A DNA stretch of 32,000 nucleotides from Candidatus Saccharimonadota bacterium (GCA_001790095.1 MGBH01000001.1:600001-632000); one strand, 5' to 3'. Positions 17,672 to 25,367 are shown, counted from the first letter of the stretch. Made by a program: numbers and translations. Notes: generated by a model from the sequence alone, not told the origin.

Positions 17672-18235
17672 ATGTTAACAAACATCTTATTGGGAATTGG
17701 CCTATCTATGGACTGTGTCGCAGTCACTCTTAGTCTACATGTGGCAGATCAAAGAAAAAAATCCCTTATTCATTTTGTGTTACCGGTTGCATTTGCCGTT
17801 GCGCATACCATTCAACCTATAATCGGTTGGGGATTGGGAACAGGTCTAAGACAGATCATCTCCCAATATGACCATTGGATTTCTTTTATATTATTATTCT
17901 TCCTTGGAGCAAGGATGGTCCATTCATCACTTACCCAAAAAAAACTTACTGATGCAGAGGTACTTCGTTATACTTCTCCCAAATCGCTTCTTCTTTTGGT
18001 CTTTGCAACAAGTATTGATTCCGTGCTGGTAGGTATGACCTTTGCGTTTTTGGATCAACCGGTACTTATGGCCTCCCTCATAATCGGAGTAACTACTCTC
18101 TTTATGTCTCTTACTGCTGATATCATCGGAGATCATATAGGTCAGCTTTTCAAAAACAGTAAGCATGGAATATTTGGAGGGCTGGTACTTATGGGAATTG
18201 GAACCAAGATATTGATCGAGCACCTGTTTTTTTAA
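17672..18235 (+). CDS. mntP: Manganese efflux pump MntP (DUF204 family)
   Basis: LGIGLSMDCVAVTLS at the N-terminus and the repeat-half TSIDSVLVGMTFAF match the duplicated SxD motif architecture of MntP. The protein has six helices and about 187 aa. The track start at 17669 is a GTG, and the ATG at 17672 fits the promoter geometry better. Confidence 0.75.
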   Translation: MLTNILLGIGLSMDCVAVTLSLHVADQRKKSLIHFVLPVAFAVAHTIQPIIGWGLGTGLRQIISQYDHWISFILLFFLGARMVHSSLTQKKLTDAEVLRYTSPKSLLLLVFATSIDSVLVGMTFAFLDQPVLMASLIIGVTTLFMSLTADIIGDHIGQLFKNSKHGIFGGLVLMGIGTKILIEHLFF

Positions 18236-19242
18236 CTCTGCCAACCATGAGGATGTGCTTTATACCAAGTGACAAGTGACTTTACACTATCGGAGATTGT
18301 TTTTTTTGGCTCCCATCCAAGAATATCTTTTGCTTTGTCAATGTTGGCTATTTTTTTTGCATCATCTCCTTCTCGAGGTATTGTCTTGCCGATATCAAAC
18401 TTCACACCGGTTACCGACTGCACTTCTTTCACAATCTCAAGCACAGAATTACCGGTACCCGTACCAAGATTGATTATATTGCTCTCTGCTCCTTTTATAA
18501 GTAGTTCTATTGCTTTCATATGAGCGTCGTTTAAATCCACTACATTTATATAGTCTCTAATCGGCGTCCGATCAGGTGTTGGCACTTCAGGACAAGTCAG
18601 CTTAAATGGCTCAATGCCCAAAGCACCCCTCACCGCATTTTGCACCAACAAAGTAGAGGGTTTTTTTGAGTCTCCTATAAGTCCATCGTCTGAGGCGCCA
18701 CACACATTAAAATATCGAAGTACCATATATCGTAATCCTTTACGCTTTTTATACCAGTCGATTATTTCTTCAACCATTTTTTTGGATGCTCCGTAAGGTG
18801 TGGTTGGATTAAGAGGATGTTTTTCGTCTAGGGGCATATATTGCGCCTCTCCATATACTGCGCACGTTGAAGAGAAAACGATATTTTTCACTCCGGCATA
18901 AGCCATAGCAGAAAGCAGGTTGTTGGTCCCTCCTACATTATTTGAAAAGTATTTTCCCGGATTTTTCATCGACTCATCCACAATACATGAGGCAGCATAG
19001 TGTACCACCGCTTCAATATTTTCTTCTTCTTTGAAAACATCATCTATTTTATTAGTTTTTAGATCGATTTCATAATATTTGAATCTTCCCTTAAAGCGTT
19101 CTGTAAAAAAAGCAAGTGGTTGGCGATAACCTGTACAAAAGTCATCAACAGCAACAACTTCATATCCACTTTGAAGAAACAAATAAACCGCAACTGAGCC
19201 TATATATCCACCTGCTCCGGTAACTAGAATTTTGTGTGCCAT
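18232..19242 (-). CDS. galE: UDP-glucose 4-epimerase
   Basis: Motifs present are ILVTGAGGYIGS, the catalytic-region segment STCAVYG, the YxxxK segment PYGASKKMVE, and LRYFNVCGA. The protein is 336 aa. Confidence 0.85.
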   Translation of the reverse strand: MAHKILVTGAGGYIGSVAVYLFLQSGYEVVAVDDFCTGYRQPLAFFTERFKGRFKYYEIDLKTNKIDDVFKEEENIEAVVHYAASCIVDESMKNPGKYFSNNVGGTNNLLSAMAYAGVKNIVFSSTCAVYGEAQYMPLDEKHPLNPTTPYGASKKMVEEIIDWYKKRKGLRYMVLRYFNVCGASDDGLIGDSKKPSTLLVQNAVRGALGIEPFKLTCPEVPTPDRTPIRDYINVVDLNDAHMKAIELLIKGAESNIINLGTGTGNSVLEIVKEVQSVTGVKFDIGKTIPREGDDAKKIANIDKAKDILGWEPKKTISDSVKSLVTWYKAHPHGWQS

Positions 19243-19256
19243 AAGCTATATTATAA

Positions 19257-19284
19257 CTCAAATATCAAATCTCAAATTTCAAAT
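19257..19284. repeat. Four tandem heptamers NTCAAAT in the EamA-galE intergenic region
   Basis: The sequence reads ctcaaat atcaaat ctcaaat ttcaaat. The inverse motif ATTTG(A/C)N recurs three times in tandem at 19364-19390, inside the EamA 3' end. Confidence 0.6.
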
Positions 19285-19295
19285 CTACATAGTAA

Positions 19296-19320
19296 ATATC
19301 AAATATTTTAAATTTGATAT
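19296..19320 (-). terminator. Perfect 9-bp AT hairpin immediately after the EamA stop (weak terminator or operator)
   Basis: atatcaaat (19296-19304) pairs with atttgatat (19312-19320) across a 7-nt loop. The stem is all A/T and there is no clear U-tract, so terminator function is uncertain. Confidence 0.3.
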
Positions 19321-19322
19321 GT

Positions 19323-20291
19323 CTATTTGCCTCGCACATCGAAGCCCTTGGGCGAAGTTGGGACATTTGCCATTTGAGATTTGACATTTCTTAGTCTGTG
19401 TATCGGGTGCCAATGTATACGTCCTTCAGCCAGCAAAATACCAACAAAAACAAAAAAGGTACCAATATAAAAAGAAAGGGTCGGATACTCATGCACAAGC
19501 GGAATCGCAAGAAGTATAGCTATCACCGGATCAATATAACTAAAAATACCGACTTCCTGAGCATCAATCTTTGACACTCCGTAGTTGAAACATCCATAAG
19601 CGATGGCTGAGGAAAAAACAACACCGAAGATGATACCCATCCAACCTCTATAGTCAATCATGGCAAAACTCCACCTCTGAACCTCCCCATGCATGAGGGG
19701 AAAAAAGGTAAAAGCCCCAAAAAGAAAACTGATAAATGTCACTTGGTAGAAATTCACCTGTTTTAAAACTCTCTTAAAAATGATCGCATTCAAGACCGAA
19801 CCGAATGTGGCGATGACAAGATAAAGATTGCCCTCAAGAGCCGCTTCTTTTGCTGCCGCTGAAACTGTACCGTTGGTAAAGAGTGGAGAAAGGATAATAA
19901 CAAGAACTCCGATAAAAGATATAAGTATGCCGCGGAAAACTTTTTTATTCGGTTTTTCCTTCAAAAAAAAGATGGACAGAAAAAAAAGGAAAATAGGCTG
20001 CGAAGAAGCGATTATGGGGGCATTTATACTAGCTGTTTTGGGAAGAGCTAGAAAATAAAATCCAATATTGACCGTAACCGCAAAAAATGCGCCAAAACAA
20101 ATCATAAAAAACTGCCTCCACGTTATCTTTTGCCAATGAAGCAGGGCAAAGTATGTAAATAGAAGACCGGCAAAAAAGAAACGGATAAACGCAAGAGTAA
20201 AGGGAGGAATATTTTGAAGTGACAGTTTAAAAATAGGCGAGGCTGCCCCCCAGATAAAATTTGTGATGATGAGTGCAAGTACTGGATTCAT
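19323..20291 (-). CDS. EamA/DMT-superfamily transporter
   Basis: It has ten hydrophobic helices in two EamA-like halves. The track start at 20312 is a TTG. The ATG at 20291 (MNPVLALIITNFIWGAASP) is the more likely start. Confidence 0.75.
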   Translation of the reverse strand: MNPVLALIITNFIWGAASPIFKLSLQNIPPFTLAFIRFFFAGLLFTYFALLHWQKITWRQFFMICFGAFFAVTVNIGFYFLALPKTASINAPIIASSQPIFLFFLSIFFLKEKPNKKVFRGILISFIGVLVIILSPLFTNGTVSAAAKEAALEGNLYLVIATFGSVLNAIIFKRVLKQVNFYQVTFISFLFGAFTFFPLMHGEVQRWSFAMIDYRGWMGIIFGVVFSSAIAYGCFNYGVSKIDAQEVGIFSYIDPVIAILLAIPLVHEYPTLSFYIGTFFVFVGILLAEGRIHWHPIHRLRNVKSQMANVPTSPKGFDVRGK

Positions 20292-20317
20292 TGGATATGA
20301 CTGAAATTTCAAATTTC

Positions 20318-21217
20318 TTATTTATTTCCTTTCTTATTCAAATAAACAATCAGTTCACCTATGATACCGGTCATACCAATCTGTATGCCTACTATTATCA
20401 TAAGAATTCCGAAAAGGAGTGCGGGTCTACGATAAAGCAGTACATTGAAGAAAATCCGCTCAAATGAAAGGTATAGCGATACAAGAAAACCAATGATAAA
20501 AAAAACTCCCCCAATCACTCCAAAAAAATGAAGCGGTCTTTCTGCAAAACGAAATAAAAAATAGGCAGTAACCATATCGAGCATTCCGATGAGAAGTTTT
20601 TTCATCCCATACTTTGTTTTCCCATATTTTCTTTGCCTATTATGAACCGGAATCTCTGAGACCTTATAACCTTTAAGATATACCGCAAGAGGAAAAAAGC
20701 GGAAACTGTTTCCATAAAAAGGAATGTCCTTGGTTATCTCTTTTTTAAATATCTTAAATCCGCAGTTAATATCAGTAAAAGGGGAATGGAGAAACCGATG
20801 AAGAACAATATTTGCAATATGCGAATATATCTTAATTACTGAGTTATCTTTTCTTTTTGTACGTATTCCATTTATGAGGTCGTTCCCCTCATGTAGCTTT
20901 TGAATAAGCGCAGGGATATCTCCCGGATCATCCTGAAGATCACCATCCATAAATACCAGCTCATCTCCCTTTGAGTGCTGCAATCCTGTCTGCAAGGCCT
21001 GACCTTTTCCAAACTGTTTTTTATGAACATGGAGAAATATGTGATGATCTTTTTCCATGATTTCCTTCACTTTTTCTTTACTCTCATCTGTTGATCCATC
21101 ATCAATGAAAAGAATCTCATAATCATATCTATACGCCTCAAACATACCTCTTATCTCCTCATAAAGAGGTTTGATACTTTCCTCTTCGTTGTGAAAGGGA
21201 ATGATAATGCTTATCAT
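20318..21217 (-). CDS. GT2 polyprenol-phosphate glycosyltransferase with C-terminal TM helices (GtrB/CsbB/ArnC-like)
   Basis: Motifs present are ISIIIPFHNEEESI, FIDDGSTDES and MDGDLQDDP. Two C-terminal helices follow, including FFGVIGGVFFIIGFLVSLYL. Confidence 0.85.
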   Translation of the reverse strand: MISIIIPFHNEEESIKPLYEEIRGMFEAYRYDYEILFIDDGSTDESKEKVKEIMEKDHHIFLHVHKKQFGKGQALQTGLQHSKGDELVFMDGDLQDDPGDIPALIQKLHEGNDLINGIRTKRKDNSVIKIYSHIANIVLHRFLHSPFTDINCGFKIFKKEITKDIPFYGNSFRFFPLAVYLKGYKVSEIPVHNRQRKYGKTKYGMKKLLIGMLDMVTAYFLFRFAERPLHFFGVIGGVFFIIGFLVSLYLSFERIFFNVLLYRRPALLFGILMIIVGIQIGMTGIIGELIVYLNKKGNK

Positions 21218-21232
21218 AGTTTAAAACAAATA

Positions 21233-22843
21233 TTATTCTTGCAATTTGATAATTTTTTTATACACCTCAAGGTCATTGTGTTTGTACACCAAGAAAAAGT
21301 CTTGGTCAGATCTAAGCTTGTCGTATGCGGTTGCCATGATCTCTTTTTGCCACCCCTTTTTTGCCTCGTTAATAGATACTATAACATAATCCGCTTGTAC
21401 ATAATAATCAGAAAAATTGTAAAAATACCGGCGTGATGTAAAATAAGGAGCAAAGTGGCCGGTTGATGAGATCTTTATATATTCATCGCTTAGTTCCTTA
21501 CTCAATTTTTTTATAGCAGGTAATGTTTGAGGTACGTGCGTAAAAGCATATATGTCTTTTTTTTTCGCATACGGCAAGGGTCCTTCAAGATATGATACAA
21601 AAAGCAAACCTATTAAAAATAGAGTGCTCAATATAACAAAAATTCTATCTTTACCAAACTTTATTTGTATATTTTTTTGGGAAGAAATAAATGAATATAT
21701 AGAATGAAATCCATGTATGGCAGAAATAAATACAAAAGGAGTGATGACAGCAGTGTAGTGATAAATTATGTTTCTCATATTAAAACTTGTTGAAAGGAGA
21801 TTTATTGCAAATTCAGGAAATACAATCAACAAATGTGGCAAAGAAAAAACCGACAAAAATCCAACCGGACTTAAAAGCTGATAAAAATAAATAAGTGTGT
21901 CTTTGCGATATATGTATCTTAAAAAGTGAGTAAGATCGCTGTAATAATCTAGGGCAAAATGCCCACCCTGTGGTCGGGCAAGCGGAATAATGATCTTCAT
22001 CGAGATAAAAAACCATACTACGCTTACTCCAATCACGATGAGCGGAAACCACGCCTTAAGATGTTTTTTCTTCAGTGAGACAATATACTCTGATATTTCT
22101 TTCTTCTTTGGTAAAAATAAATCTGAATTTATGGTCTTATAAAGTATAAAAAAACCAAAGAAACTAGTAGTAAGACCCATATGCTCCTTGGTTAAAAGAC
22201 TTAAAAAAAGAAAGAATAAACTCCATGCATATTTTTTTTTACTCCAGAAATAATACATGAAAAGAAGAAATGAGGTAGAAAGAGTAACCGCATGAAACTC
22301 ATAAATGACAGCCCTTTGAAGCGGAGGATAAAAAAGATAGGAGAAGGCAAAAATGACACTTATCAATCTCTGCTGACTATTTTTTTCAAATACTTTTAAC
22401 GAGATATTAAAAACTGCCCATGCACCAAGTCCTACCACTACTGCCTGAAGGACTAAAAGAGTAGATGGCCCATCATGCAAAAAATAAAGCGGGGAAATGA
22501 GCGCAAGAAACAAATCATTATGGATTGCCATACGCTTTACCTGCTCAAATCCATGAGGGTTTGTCATCTCGAGAAACCGTGAAAAATCAAATGTCTGAAT
22601 AGCTCTATAGGTGTTATATACCGTCTGATGCATGATGCCCAGATCAAAATATGAAGCAACCAGTCTTTGATAACGCAGTACGGTATAAACCGAAAAATAA
22701 ATACTAAATATCAAAATACCCGCCCAAACTAGTATATTTGATACCTGTTTTCCTGTTTTTTTTTGTCTAATCATTCTCTTGTTTTTTACTTCTAAGTTAT
22801 TTGTTTGCTCTTTTTTATTTGTTTCCCGAATGGTATTTCTCAT
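21233..22843 (-). CDS. DUF2079-family polytopic membrane protein (GT-C-like candidate)
   Basis: 536 aa. SYFDLGIMHQTVYNTY follows the first helix, which I recall as the DUF2079 signature region. Many helices follow. The alternative start M24 at 22774 would remove the 29-nt overlap with xer. Confidence 0.6.
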   Translation of the reverse strand: MRNTIRETNKKEQTNNLEVKNKRMIRQKKTGKQVSNILVWAGILIFSIYFSVYTVLRYQRLVASYFDLGIMHQTVYNTYRAIQTFDFSRFLEMTNPHGFEQVKRMAIHNDLFLALISPLYFLHDGPSTLLVLQAVVVGLGAWAVFNISLKVFEKNSQQRLISVIFAFSYLFYPPLQRAVIYEFHAVTLSTSFLLFMYYFWSKKKYAWSLFFLFLSLLTKEHMGLTTSFFGFFILYKTINSDLFLPKKKEISEYIVSLKKKHLKAWFPLIVIGVSVVWFFISMKIIIPLARPQGGHFALDYYSDLTHFLRYIYRKDTLIYFYQLLSPVGFLSVFSLPHLLIVFPEFAINLLSTSFNMRNIIYHYTAVITPFVFISAIHGFHSIYSFISSQKNIQIKFGKDRIFVILSTLFLIGLLFVSYLEGPLPYAKKKDIYAFTHVPQTLPAIKKLSKELSDEYIKISSTGHFAPYFTSRRYFYNFSDYYVQADYVIVSINEAKKGWQKEIMATAYDKLRSDQDFFLVYKHNDLEVYKKIIKLQE

Positions 22844-23750
22844 GAACCTCTCTTAATCTGGCGTTTGTCACATGGGTATAGATTTGGGTCGTTGCAATGT
22901 TTTTGTGCCCAAGCATCTCCTGGACACTTCGCAGATCTGCTCCGTGTGATAACAAGTCCGTAGCAAAACTGTGACGCAAAGCATGAGGTCCTATCTTATC
23001 TAAAATCCCTGATTTTTTTCTGTATTTATCTACCATCCGTTCGATCGAACGCACTGAAAGCCGTCTTTTTTGATCCGTAAGATTGTCATCACTTGGTCCG
23101 CTGTAGCGGATAAAAAGAGATGCGTATGGATCTTTGCGCATCGAAAGATATTTTGTTAACCATTCCTTTGCTTTTTGCGATATGAATACAACCCGCATCT
23201 TACCTCCTTTTCCCAATACCCCAAACTCTCCCGCATCCAAATTTACTTTTTCGCGGTTTAATGCGGCAAGTTCTGAGACACGAAGACCGGTTGAGAATAG
23301 TACTTCAAGTATGGTGCGATCACGTACCCCTGGTTCATCTGTTGTATCAACACTCCTAAATAATCTCTCCAGATCATTTTCAGACAAAAATTTGATATTA
23401 CGATCGCGCAGTTTTCCAAGCTCAATCATGTCAGGGGAGAGAACAGGAAGTTTTTGTTTGACAAGATAGCGAAAAAAAGAACGAAGCGCCACCAAAAAAT
23501 AGTTCTGAGTCTGCCGTTTGAGATTGCCCTTAAATGGATTTTTGTAGCTGTGTGAAAGATAGAGCCGGAAGTTTCGGATCATGTTTTCATCGATTTTTTC
23601 TACGTCATAGTCCTGCAGGTTAGTCTGTGCAAGAACCCACGATTGAAAAAATTGCAAGTAATACCCGTACATCTTGACAGTCTTGAGAGAAAGGTTGCGA
23701 TCAAGCTCACTATACTCAAGAAAGCGTAAGATTCCCTCTTTTATTCCCAT
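22815..23750 (-). CDS. xerC: Tyrosine recombinase, XerC/XerD type
   Basis: 311 aa with an N-terminal SAM-like domain. The catalytic region reads GLRVSELAAL...HALRHSFATDLLSHGADLRSVQEMLGHKNIATTQIYTHV, giving the R..HxxR..H..Y residues. Confidence 0.85.
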   Translation of the reverse strand: MGIKEGILRFLEYSELDRNLSLKTVKMYGYYLQFFQSWVLAQTNLQDYDVEKIDENMIRNFRLYLSHSYKNPFKGNLKRQTQNYFLVALRSFFRYLVKQKLPVLSPDMIELGKLRDRNIKFLSENDLERLFRSVDTTDEPGVRDRTILEVLFSTGLRVSELAALNREKVNLDAGEFGVLGKGGKMRVVFISQKAKEWLTKYLSMRKDPYASLFIRYSGPSDDNLTDQKRRLSVRSIERMVDKYRKKSGILDKIGPHALRHSFATDLLSHGADLRSVQEMLGHKNIATTQIYTHVTNARLREVHEKYHSGNK

Positions 23751-23837
23751 ATATCCATATTAAACGACGTTGAAGAAAAAAACAAGTTAATTGAGGCGTT
23801 TACACTGTAGAAGTAAATCAAAAACTTTTATTTTCAG

Positions 23838-23920
23838 TGCCGGGGAGAGGACTTGAACCTCCACGATCTCACGATCACAGGTTCCTAAAACCTGCGTGTA
23901 TGCCATTTCACCACCCCGGC
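23838..23920 (-). tRNA. tRNA-Leu (anticodon UAG), class II with long variable arm
   Basis: The reverse complement is GCCGGGGTGGTGAAATGGCATACACGCAGGTTTTAGGAACCTGTGATCGTGAGATCGTGGAGGTTCAAGTCCTCTCCCCGGCA. The anticodon stem is CAGGT/ACCTG with loop TTTAGGA. Confidence 0.9.
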
Positions 23921-23921
23921 A

Positions 23922-23968
23922 TTACCCGCTCAGATCCAGTTATAAAATAAGTGGACTTGAGCGGGTTA
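23922..23968. other. Long imperfect hairpin abutting the tRNA-Leu 5' end
   Basis: The arms are ttacccgctcagatccag and gtggacttgagcgggtta. There are 9 perfect base pairs (ACCCGCTCA/TGAGCGGGT), then a G-T wobble and an A-C mismatch, then 4 more base pairs. The loop is about 11 nt. Confidence 0.5.
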
Positions 23969-24094
23969 TGTCTTCCAATAAACGCCCTTTGAGACGACGA
24001 GTGAATAACGTTGAGTTAAGTCTCAAAGTAAGTTATGGAGGACTCAATGTTAATTATAACATTTAGCTTCAATTTTTACCCACCACTTACTATC

Positions 24095-24123
24095 TTGACT
24101 AAGTGGATGAAATAATGTATGCT
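24095..24123 (+). promoter_or_regulatory. Candidate sigma-70 promoter TTGACT-N17-TATGCT
   Basis: ttgact is at 24095-24100, followed by a 17-nt spacer and tatgct at 24118-24123. It lies inside the 494-bp non-coding gap. Confidence 0.3.
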
Positions 24124-24129
24124 ATAGGC

Positions 24130-24192
24130 CATTCAAAGTGGTTTCTTTGAAGTGATGTTGGATACACCTCCTACAAGCTTGGAGGTTTTATT
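24130..24192 (+). ncRNA. Candidate small RNA of about 60-65 nt (promoter, 5' hairpin, terminator-like hairpin)
   Basis: Hairpin 1 is ttcaaag-tggttt-ctttgaa (24132-24151). Hairpin 2 is acctcc-tacaagctt-ggaggt (24166-24186), followed by tttatt. No ORF of meaningful length is present. Confidence 0.25.
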
Positions 24193-24414
24193 GTAGCCAT
24201 TATCGCTCTTTGAAAATTCGGTTGTATTTAATATAAACAGTTATTGGTACTGCACTATGAGGATATATTTATTGTCTTCAAGGTGCAGTATCAAAACTGC
24301 GGAAAGGAAAGGGAAAACAAAAACAGGTGTACATTCTCCATCTGTTCCAAGCCTAAAAAGCTCTGGATAAACCCATGAGGGAGAGAAGAAAACAAAAAAA
24401 GAAAAGAGGAAAAA

Positions 24415-25095
24415 ATGAAAATGAAAAGAGAAAGGCTGTTTATGGCAGGATTGGGTTTTATTATTGGCATTGTTCTGCTACTGATAGGAGGCATCGCTAG
24501 CTGGTTTCTTAAGCCATGTGCTTCCCCAAAAGTAGAGTACGCAACACTAAGGCCGCTTGCTACACAGGCGCACGCCACAGCGACGCTTGCTCCAACCGCA
24601 ACCAACACCCCCACGGCCGCCTATACTGATACGCCTGAGCCGACGCAAACCGCCACTCCCGAGCCGACCCTAACGGCCACGACAAGCTTCACCGAAACGT
24701 TTCCGCTTCAGAAACAGCTCGTGAAGATCTCTTCTATCCAAGCTAACGGCTCGATGAGTTACATCTTCTTGACCATTATTTGGAGAAAAGACGATCCGAC
24801 CAGGGCTGAGGTATGGTTATCGTTTTTGCAGAATCTATCCTCAGAAACTCCGATACCCATCGGAGTAGGGTTTGATGGAGTTTCGAACCACGCGCTCGTT
24901 GCTTGGGAAGTGAATGCACAAACGTGGCCAGCCGACTATTGTGAAATAGCGGTATGGTTACGCAATGGTGGACTCGCGCCTCAGACATACGTCCACTACT
25001 ACACTGTGGACGGGGTAGAAACGACCGATGCGGCCGATGCGCAAACTCTCTGTTTATTCCCGTCAACGCCAACCCCGACGCTGGCTGTTCCATAA
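24415..25095 (+). CDS. Hypothetical membrane-anchored protein with a Pro/Thr-rich linker; compositionally foreign (GC-rich)
   Basis: 226 aa with an SD-like AGAGGA upstream and an N-terminal helix, GLGFIIGIVLLLIGGIASWF. A PT-rich linker follows (TATLAPTATNTPTAAYTDTPEPTQTATPEPTLTAT), then a globular domain of about 130 aa. I counted 39/60 G+C for 24601-24660 and 34/60 for 24961-25020. The first 60 nt of the ORF count 20/60. Confidence 0.6.
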   Translation: MKMKRERLFMAGLGFIIGIVLLLIGGIASWFLKPCASPKVEYATLRPLATQAHATATLAPTATNTPTAAYTDTPEPTQTATPEPTLTATTSFTETFPLQKQLVKISSIQANGSMSYIFLTIIWRKDDPTRAEVWLSFLQNLSSETPIPIGVGFDGVSNHALVAWEVNAQTWPADYCEIAVWLRNGGLAPQTYVHYYTVDGVETTDAADAQTLCLFPSTPTPTLAVP

Positions 25096-25324
25096 GAACC
25101 AAAAAAAGAAACCGCCTGGCGTGCTCGAAAAGCTTGAGCACAAAATGATGTCTAAATGACATCGACGGTTTTAAAAATACAACCGAAAGCAAAGAAGAAA
25201 TCCTGGTCTGGGGATAATACCAGAGGCAGCATGCGGCTGCGTATTGCATAGTTTGTTACCCTTACGGATTCATCCGAAAGGGAGCCGAAACCGGCTTTAA
25301 ACAACTCATATCAATACATTTCTT

Positions 25325-25362
25325 CTCAACCTAAGAAAATAATATTATTTTCTAAGGCTGAG
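25325..25362. terminator. Bidirectional hairpin between convergent genes
   Basis: The sequence is ctcaacctaagaaaataatattattttctaaggctgag. It has a 10-bp perfect core, AGAAAATAAT/ATTATTTTCT. The stem is extended by CCT/AGG and CTCA/TGAG around single mismatches. It sits 5 nt from the stop of the minus-strand gene. Confidence 0.5.
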
Positions 25363-25367
25363 AATTG

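Noticed and set aside
18232-18235. Missing terminator between the convergent mntP and galE genes as an anomaly
   Set aside because: The two stop codons simply overlap by 4 nt (ttaa). That is common in compact genomes and is not informative on its own.
19257-19390. CRISPR array or minisatellite
   Set aside because: The repeats are 7-nt units without spacers, and only 3-4 copies occur per block. No cas genes or repeats of 25 nt or longer were seen anywhere in the window.
21813-22052. 79-aa same-strand, out-of-frame ORF nested within the DUF2079 gene as a possible overlapping gene
   Set aside because: It lies in a different frame from a continuous polytopic membrane protein. It has no independent start signals.
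23921-24414. RNase P RNA, tmRNA, SRP (4.5S) RNA or 6S RNA in the long non-coding gap
   Set aside because: I looked on both strands for GAGGAAAGUCC-type (RNase P), GGAAGCAGC-type (SRP domain IV) and tRNA-like 3' end (tmRNA) signatures and found none. A covariance-model scan is still needed to be sure.
24291-24614. 107-aa minus-strand ORF overlapping the start of the GC-rich gene
   Set aside because: It runs through a purine-rich leader, giving a low-complexity FLF/SS translation. It is also antisense to a better-supported ORF that has an SD and a signal anchor.
24776-25249. 157-aa minus-strand ORF inside the GC-rich island
   Set aside because: It is antisense to the 226-aa ORF. It is rich in Arg, Ser, Cys and Leu, as expected for a spurious frame in GC-rich DNA. 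It has no start context or recognisable motif.
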